DNA from: Octopus vulgaris
Lineage: Eukaryota
Length of the DNA stretch: 64,000 nucleotides
Direction: 5' to 3'
NCBI GenBank assembly: GCA_951406725.2
Contig: OX597817.1
Coordinates: 86,180,001 to 86,244,000, forward strand
A model generated the notes under the pieces. It was not told where the DNA came from, searched no databases, and worked only from the letters and a program-made list of their open reading frames with translations. The position numbers and the translations under genes were made by a program. Below, piece by piece: positions 36,113 through 45,200 of the stretch. Within the stretch, counting starts at the first letter, position 1. Each line of letters opens with the position of its first letter.

Positions 36113-36271
36113 ATGGTGTATTATTTACATTATGCCATGTCGCGATTTTCCTTAACGATCCTAGTTCTGTCTGTTATATTCCATTGTACTTTGAGTTTGA
36201 AAGTTGCCACTTATAATCTATGGAACATAATGTTCAATTGGGAAGTTAGAAAAATGCGAGTGATTGAAATG
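36113..36271 (+). CDS. EEP gene exon 1 (signal peptide and first motif)
   Basis: MVYYLHYAMSRFSLTILVLSVIFHCTLSLKVATYNLWNIMFNWEVRKMRVIEM|gtgag. Confidence 0.82.
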
Positions 36272-39200
36272 GTGAGCAGTTTATTTCCTTTCTTAATTTT
36301 CATTTAATGTCTTGTTCTGTTAGTATTTTCTTTCAACAGCTTCGATGTATGAAAACCTGTGCGACTTTTACACATTAATATACCTGTTAAATGTGATTTT
36401 AATAATTTATTATTATTATTATTATAGATATTCTCATAAAATACATCTATTCCATTCAGCTTTTCCCCGAAAATTAGTCGGTTTCCTAACAAATATATAT
36501 ATATATATATATATAATACGATGGGATATATAATATATATATATATATATATAATACGATGGGATATATATATATATATATATATATAATATGGGGATAA
36601 ATTATCCATGCGGGTACCGTAAGACCTCTCAGGTATATTCCAGGTTCCGTAACCACATCAAGTAGTGAGAAACATAAGGGATCGCTTAGGGTGAGCAATC
36701 CCACTGTAATTCATCTGATGGGTAAATCCAGATTCGCTTCGCTGAATCATGGATATATTTTTTGGAATTTAAATCTACAACAATTGCAAGCATAATTACG
36801 CTTGAAGAAAAATTTGAAGCTGTACCAGTCTCTGTATTCTTTGTAATTGTTTTGTATATATATATATATATATATTGTTTTGAGTCGACTTGTTTTATTT
36901 TGAATCAAAATGTAAAGGAATCAGAAATATTCCCAAAAGGGGATCGAGTGGGCACTGTGCTATTCGCGCGCGCACACACCACACATACACACTAAAACAT
37001 TACTCATCTTGTTTCTTCAACAGGGTTAATTAGACCAAATCTCCAAGACTGCTTGTCCCAGAGCTCATGCCCCCAGATTTATTTTCTGTTAGGTTTACTT
37101 ATAAAACATACAATTATTTTCGGCAACGTTCATGCGAAACATCGCCTTATTTTCTTATGCGTGTTTGCGACAATATCATTTTCGAATAATGATCCCTTAT
37201 TTCGTATTTTAAAATATTTCATATTGTTTTTAGCATAAGACAGCCTGTAAGGAATCAAAAACGGATTGCTGAGCATTGCTTCGAGTTAAAACGACACCAA
37301 GTAACGAGATCCCAAAACATCTTGATGTTTGGGGATTTCATTTTGGTGTAATTTATAATAGAGACGAGAGTGTATTTTACTAAATCATTGAATATCAACA
37401 ATTACGAGAGTGGGCTGAAAGGCTCATAGGAGTGATGCTAGAGCTGTGAAATCTTATAGGCATTAATTTCAACTATTCTTATTAATAACTGAATTATTTC
37501 TTTCCTGGCAAACTGACACGCTGACGTGGTTGATACATTTAAGGATGATGCTCTAGCTTTATCAATAGTGCAAAAGTGGGTTGTTGAATTTAGGAGGGGA
37601 TGGGAAAGACATGAAGATGACCCAAGGTCTGGACGTCCTGCAACTGCCACCACTACCAAAGAAAACATTGATCACATTCACCACATGGTGATGGATGACA
37701 GGTGATTGACTATAAATCAAATAGCCAATGCTATTAGCATATCCTCTGAGAGAGCAGAGAATATTCTGCCCAATGAGCTTAGCATAATGAAGGTTTCTGT
37801 TTAGTCGGTGCCATTTAGTGGGGTCCTGATCAAAAGCACACCAGGCTGATCACATTACAGAAAAATCTGACATTGTTTGAAGCAGATCCAGCAGATTTCC
37901 TTGAAGGTTTCCTAACTCAGGATGAGTGTTGGCTTCATTACAGAGCCAGAGACAATTCATGCAGTGGAAACATCTCTCCTCATCTCGTCTGAAGAAGGCT
38001 AATGTTATTTCATCTGCAGGGAAGATGATGACCTCAGTTTTTTGGGATGCAAAAGGCATTGTGTTTATTGACTATCTTCAAAAGGACCACACCATCAATG
38101 GAGAGTACTATGCCAACTTGAAAGTTGTTGAGGCAGTTATAAAAGGCTATAAAGAACAAACATCTTAGAAATCTGACAAAAGGGGTCTTGTTTCATCAGG
38201 ACAATGCTCTAGCACACAAGTCCTTGGTTTCAATGGCTGCTGTGCATGCTGATCACTCTCCCTTATTCTCTTGATTTTGTCTCATCTGACTATCACCTGT
38301 TTCCCAACCTGAAAAAACACTTGACTGGAAACCAGTATTGCAGTGATGATGATGTAATATCTGCTATTGATGCCTTTTTTGACCAACGATGGAAGAAGTG
38401 TATGGATTACAAGGAGGACTTTGCTGAAAAGTATACCTCATTTGGTTACATTCCATGAGAGTATCTTGGGTCAGGTTATGAACTTTTTAGCTGACCCTCA
38501 TACAGCTGAAAACAATGTTTCTGCCAATTAACAAACCGCTAAGTTTTGCACCTTGCAGGACTGTAGTCAAATGTAATTGCATACTTGAGGTTCAAAGAGT
38601 CAACTTCTACATCAGGAGTATTCAATCTTTGTTCTAGAATTTAATGGAATTCTGTGAGAGACTAAATGAGGGAAATATTTGCTGATTCAGCCACAGTATG
38701 TTACAAACAAACTGGCAGCAGCATTATCAACTGTTTTACTGCAATTCTATATTTAAGAGATGAGGAATTATGTACATTATTTACATTTGATGGATATTTG
38801 GAATCTTGGGGTTAGTAGCCTGTGCTCTTAACCACTACGCCATATACCTGTGGGCATATGGCGTAGGAATGAGAACTCAGGTTTGAAATTTCCCCAAGAC
38901 ACCTGGAGGGTATATCAGCCGAAATGTTGTGTTAACAACAAACAAGATTTGGACAAATATCCATCAAATGTAAATAATGTTTTACTGCAAGTTTATATTT
39001 TTAAATATATAAATATGAAATGCATTTGATAATTAATCCTGCTAGTCATCAAGGTGATAATGTTATTTTGATTGATCTTAGTTAAGTATGTGACATTTAT
39101 GTAACTTTGTATTTTCAGCACCTCATTGATTATCCTGAAAGACTTACATCCTTCACTGCTTTTATTGTTTTACATACCATCTCCCTCTCATAATCATTTC

Positions 39201-42200
39201 TGCAACTGATCCTTTTGTCTTTTAAAATTAGCTCTTGCTTGTTTCATTTATCTGTTTCCTGTTTGACCATTATTATAATCTACAAGATCTGGAATGGTAT
39301 TTGTTATAGAATAGCTATATTAATAGTTGCATTCATTATATCAGATTAATGTATATAAAATGTTTAATGTAAAAATGTATATCAAAAACCTTCTCTTAAA
39401 CATTTTTTCAAAAAATTTTTACTTCAGATAGAAACTATTAATCCTGATGTGATAGCATTCCAGGAAGTTCGAATGGATTCTAGCAGTGTTAGAAGTCAGT
39501 TGTTAGAGCTGCAAGAGAAACTTATAGACTTCAACTGGATGGTTGTTCAACCTGCAAATGATGTACAGAAACCCAAGCACACCTATTGGAATGGATGGGA
39601 ACGAGAAGGTATTATGAGTTTGACAAAATAACAATATAGTTGTTGGGTTTGAGTATGAGTACAAGCTATAATATTTCTACACAGGCACACACACACACAC
39701 CGACATGCTCACAGCAATAGAGTATTCTTATCCATATACCTATCTGTATTCATATCTTACTTAAATCAGAAATTATTTTAAAATATTGAGACTATTTTCT
39801 AAAATATCTTGTGAGTTAGTTTGGCCTCTTCAACTTGAGTTCACTTGTTTTTCTTTTCTTTTTTCTTTTTATGATTAATCATGGGTAAGTGAAAATCAAG
39901 ATCAAGCAAACTTTTGCTTGATGTGTGGTTTCTCTCCATGCTAAGCTCATCTTTGGACATATATGAATGAATTAAATACTTTGAATCTGATGAAGACATA
40001 GATGAATAAATTAAATACTGGTGCTTTACCATTTCTGCAACTCTGCATCCTTTAACTAGTAATTTTTTTTTTATAATTCTTATCTTCATCATCATCCTTT
40101 TCCTACTGGAAGTCACTCATTAGTTTGTTAATTATGTATTCTTTCTGAAAGTTAAAATAGAGCACAAACTGTTTTGCAAAAAACATAATTGTATTGGCAA
40201 GCAGTGACATTTAATTTCATTAAGTATTTGAAATTATTCTTAATTAATTTTAGTATATCAAATTTGATTAATTGTTGTTTCTTAATTGCTAAATTCTACT
40301 ACTCTCATAATCCCTTTCTTTAAAAAAAAATATATATTTAGATTAGTAAGAGATTCACCCTTTTGATACTGACCTATCTGAGACTACCCTAGTTCTAAGA
40401 CACAAATTTCCTGTTTTAAAGTGAAATGAAAACCTTTCATCAAAATTTCATGCTATTTATGTTTCAAATTCCAGCAAAATGATGACAGTTATTTTACTAA
40501 ACTCTTCATTATTTTAACAATTAAGTGAAGCAAAGGAAGCATGTTTCAACAGAAATCTAATAACAGAAGGGTTAATATATTTCTTTATTTCTGCACTTTA
40601 AAAAAAATTTATGTAACATCTCTCAATTTTTATTTCTATTGGCAGGCATTGGTATTCTTAGCAAGCTACCAATACTTAAATCAACAACAATCAGTATTCC
40701 CTATATGAGTGGCCCCGATACAAATCAAAGGATTGCTCTTCATGCTATGATAGGTTATAGTGAAGACTCAGCTATTCATGTTCTGACTGTACATTTTTCA
40801 TATGACAGACAGCAACAGTGTAACAATGCAGCCAGAATATTGCATTACATCTCAGGTTAGTTTGCAAATCTTTTTATATTTTCTTCACAAAACTATTTGA
40901 ACAAGCTAAGTTGATAATTTCAGATATGTAAATTGACAATTTATATTATTTCTAAATGTAGAAATCATCATCAATATTTTAATATTCTCTTAACCATGCT
41001 TGCATTGATTGGATTATATAGTCCTGAATATATGCCTGAATAAAAACCTCAATATTCTCAACTGGAAAACTTTTGATGTTATAATATCTTATATATGTAT
41101 TAATCTGGTAAAAAAGATGGGATGATCATGGCTAGAATATGCTTGTTATGTCTTCCCGGTCTCAGTCAGGGTTTGTTTGGGATTTAACAAAATCATGAAA
41201 TTGTTTCTATTGCTATATAACAACCTTAATTAGCACATCAGTGTAAAAAGGCTAATTAAATAATATTGTGTATAATTTCCTGCTTTTATAAAAATATATT
41301 ATCAGTTATTTGAATTGTTCTTTTTCTAATTATCATCATTAATTTCACATCTATTCCATGTTGACTTGAATTGTAAAAAGCCTGTAATATCACACAACCC
41401 TTGTCTGATTATTCACAGACTCAAGGAAAGAAAAAGAAACAAAAAAAAAACATCTGTACATTTTCTGATAGTTAAAGAAACCCAAAGTGAATAATGATAT
41501 TCTTTTACTTGTTTCAGTCACTTGACTGAGGCCATGCTGGAGTACTGTCTTTAGTCGAACAAATTGACCCCAAGACTTATTCTTTTTTAAGCCTAGTACT
41601 TAATCTATTGACCTCTTTTGCCGAACTGCAAGTTTACAGGGACATAAACACACTAACATCAGTGTCAAGCGATGATGGATGGACAAACACCAACATACAT
41701 ATGACGAGCTTCTTTCAGTATCTGTCTACCAAATCCACTCACAAGGCTTTGGTTGGCCTGTGGATATAGTAGAAGTCACTGGCTACACAGCTTACTAGAA
41801 ATAGCAATCAAATCTTCCTTATATCATATTCTGTTGTCTTAAAAATGGCTTGACAAAAAAAAGATGGGTTAATGGTTGCACTTCATTTCATATTTGACCA
41901 GGACTGGACTCCAGTGTATTTCATCAGGGTTAACTTCAAAGATTACACTCAACTTTCTCACAGACAGGATCCCTAACAATAAATTTTGCTCATTTTTATC
42001 TTTCATTAAACCTACAAAAAACCATTATATGGAAGCTTGGTTAATTAAACAATACCTAATGTGTGATTTCTGTTCTGAAATAAGGTGGAGTAACAAAAAT
42101 GGTAGAGTTCTAACTAAATATCTTGTGGAAGTTTTGCTCCTGGATGTTCTGAGTTCAAGAAAAGAGGTTGACTTTTCCATCCGTCACATTTGGTCCTCTA

Positions 42201-45200
42201 CTGCAGTTAGTTAAACCAACATATCTATCCCTTATCCTTGTGTGCACAGAAAAATAAAATCAGTAATTTCTTGAAATAGGTGTAGATTGCAAGAATGCCA
42301 TTTAGCCTGTCTATCAATTTAATTACTGTGTAATTTATATTTATCTTGTTTTGTATACCAACAGAAAAAGAACTTGAAAATGTAGTACTTCTTGGTGACT
42401 TTAACACCTATCAAGACTTTGAATGGCCATTGGAAGTGTTCACAGATACAGAAATTCGGCCAGAAAATTCCTGTTTTGATATGGTTAGAGCTGATGCCAA
42501 AGGACCAAATACTATCCTTGCTGATGTTTGGAGTGTTCATGCAGCAGATAAATTGTCAGGATTTACTTTTAGTAATATGGTAAGAAACAATTTCATCTGT
42601 GTGGAAATAATACTGTTGTAGTCTCAACTTTGTATTCAAATATAAGAAACATTGATGTAAAGTGATAATGTGATGACTGGGAGAAAAAAAAATGCTGCTA
42701 CAATATGAAATATTCTGGTTATTAAATTATTGATTTACATCTTTTAATTTTGAAAAACTCACCTTGACATGTCTTCCACTTGTATATCAAAGAAAATTTT
42801 CTTTCCATCGCTCTCCATCCTTAATCCTAGAGTCAAGTTATGGTGGGTTTATAAATATGTATGAATTACTTTGGGAAGGTGTAACAGCTGCTATCTGTTT
42901 ATAAATCATCATTGATTTAACATTCATTTTTCCATGGGTTGAACAGAATTCCTTACAGAAGATTTTCTACATTTGGATGCCCTTCTTGTTACCAACTATT
43001 GCCTGTTTCCAAGCAAAGTAATATTTTCCTCATGGCTGAACATGCTTCCTTGGAAGATTGGACACAAATGATACTGCTTATTTGATGGTAACATATTTAT
43101 AGCTATCGTGTGATATCAAGGCAAGGAGACACATGCATACAGGTTTGTGTGTATGTATATATATATATATGACAGGCTTATTTTGGTTTTGTCTATCAAA
43201 TCTACTCAAGACTTTGTTTGACCTTGTGCTATAGCAGAAGGCACTTGCCTAGAAAGCCACATGGTTGGGAAATAACAGCTATGCTTCAAGCTTACATTTG
43301 TCTACTTGTATATTTTCTTTTTGTACATATAGAACTACATTTTCCAACTTAAAACAGTAGACTGTTGTTTCTAGCAAGTACAGAGACTGCAAAATCTGTC
43401 CATTGTTTACCTGAAGTAACCTTACTTGTTATAGTCTCAGATCAGTCATAATTGAACAATAAAAAAAAACTAAGATGAAAGATATTACAGTTGTGGCAAT
43501 TCTGTTTGTATATCAGGTAGTATGTAATTAACTTTTCAATATAACCTTTCTCTCAAGGCACTAACACTCTGTCGAGTATGCACACTGACATTACACATCC
43601 ATCGGAGCATGCTGGCTTCATTCCTTGCGAGCTTACGCATGTCCACAGCAGTCACGGCCCATGTTTCACTGCCATGTAGCATGGCTGTTCATACACATGC
43701 ATCGTACAGTCTACCTTTTACTCTGAGCGAGAGGCCCTTTGTCTCCAGCACCCATTACACTCTCGGAGTGGTTGGCGTTAGGAAGGGCATCCAGTTGTAG
43801 AAACTCTGCCAAATCAGATTGGAGTCTGGTGCAGCCATCTGGACCTCAGTCAAATCGTCCAACCCATGCTAGCATGGAAAGCGGACGTTAAACGATGATG
43901 ATGATGATGAATCAATAAAAATATATTAATATAGTTACAAGGATTAATATAATTATAATGTTCAATATAACCTTCAGATAGTAGAGTGTAATCTGTGATA
44001 TTTGGTTGAGTAGGTTGAGCAACCATGTGTTAGATAAGTGTCATCTAGTGATTGATCCAACAGAGGAAGAGGTGAATTTATTTCAGAGGTAGTTTTTCTT
44101 TTCTTTTTCAGCCACATGTATACATGATCACATAAATATCACTATAACACACCATTGCTACTAAACAGGACTACCTGCTCCTAGGAGTCATTTGATGTGT
44201 AAAAGAGGATAAATATGGCTATATCAGCAAGAGTACCTTACAAGTAACTCTTCTACACATATATAAATTACAATCCTTAATATATATATATCTTTCATCA
44301 TCATTATTTAACGTTCACTTTTCATGCTGGCATGGGTTGAATGGTTTGACTGAAGACTGGCAAGCCAGAAGGCTGTACCAGGCTCCAATCTGATCTGCCA
44401 AGGTTTCTACAGCTGGATGCCCTTCCTAATGCCAACCACAAGAGTGTAGTGGGTGCTTTTTACGTGTCACCAGCACAAGGGCAAGTCAGGCGTACTGGCA
44501 TTGACCATGCTTCAATGGTGTTTTTTACGTGCCACCAATTTGCAGGTGTGACTGTAGTTGAGAAATTTACTTTGAAACATGTGGTTTCAACTTCAGTTAT
44601 ACTGTGCTGCATCATGGGTGAGTGTCTTCTATTATAGTATCAGTTTGAGCAAGCCTTGTGAGTGGTTTTGGTAGAAAGAAACTGAAAGAAGCCTGCTGTG
44701 TGTGTGTATATATATATACAGGGTGGGCCAAAATTAGTGCCCTAACTTGAGTTTTTGAAAATCCAACGATTTCATAGATGCTGACCGAGGAAGCTTCTTA
44801 TGTTTGTCATAATGAGGTGCTCCATCTTGCACAAAAATTTTGGAATGACGGTATCAAAAATACAGCCAGATGATGTTTCCACACAACAGGTAACAATCAT
44901 CATTCATCGTCTCTTGTGTGAATAGGGAATGCACAAATTCCTGAAGACAATATTGCCACCCAATGACAAGAGAAGGTGAATTAATGTGCTATTCCCAAAC
45001 CACTTCAGGGTCATCTTCTGAATAATAGAAGCAGTTATGACGATTGATGTGACCAGAAACATCAGAGAAAATGAGTTGGTCAAAAAATTTGGAATCTCTG
45101 GCTTCTGCCAGCATTCTCTCACAAAATTTGACACATTGAATAATCAATTACATATAGAAATAACAGAATGCATCAAGAAACTACAAAAGTAACAGACATA

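Noticed and set aside
34687-36164. U12-like donor ATATCCTT (34687) and branch TTCCTTAAC (36148) as a minor intron
   Set aside because: It would need mismatched AT-AG termini and span a promoter, and the branch-like sequence lies in the predicted coding exon; probably chance.
36710-36770. CTGATGG followed by a hairpin (TCCAGATTC...GAATCATGGA)
   Set aside because: The core is incomplete and no GAAA follows the stem; at most a decayed repeat.
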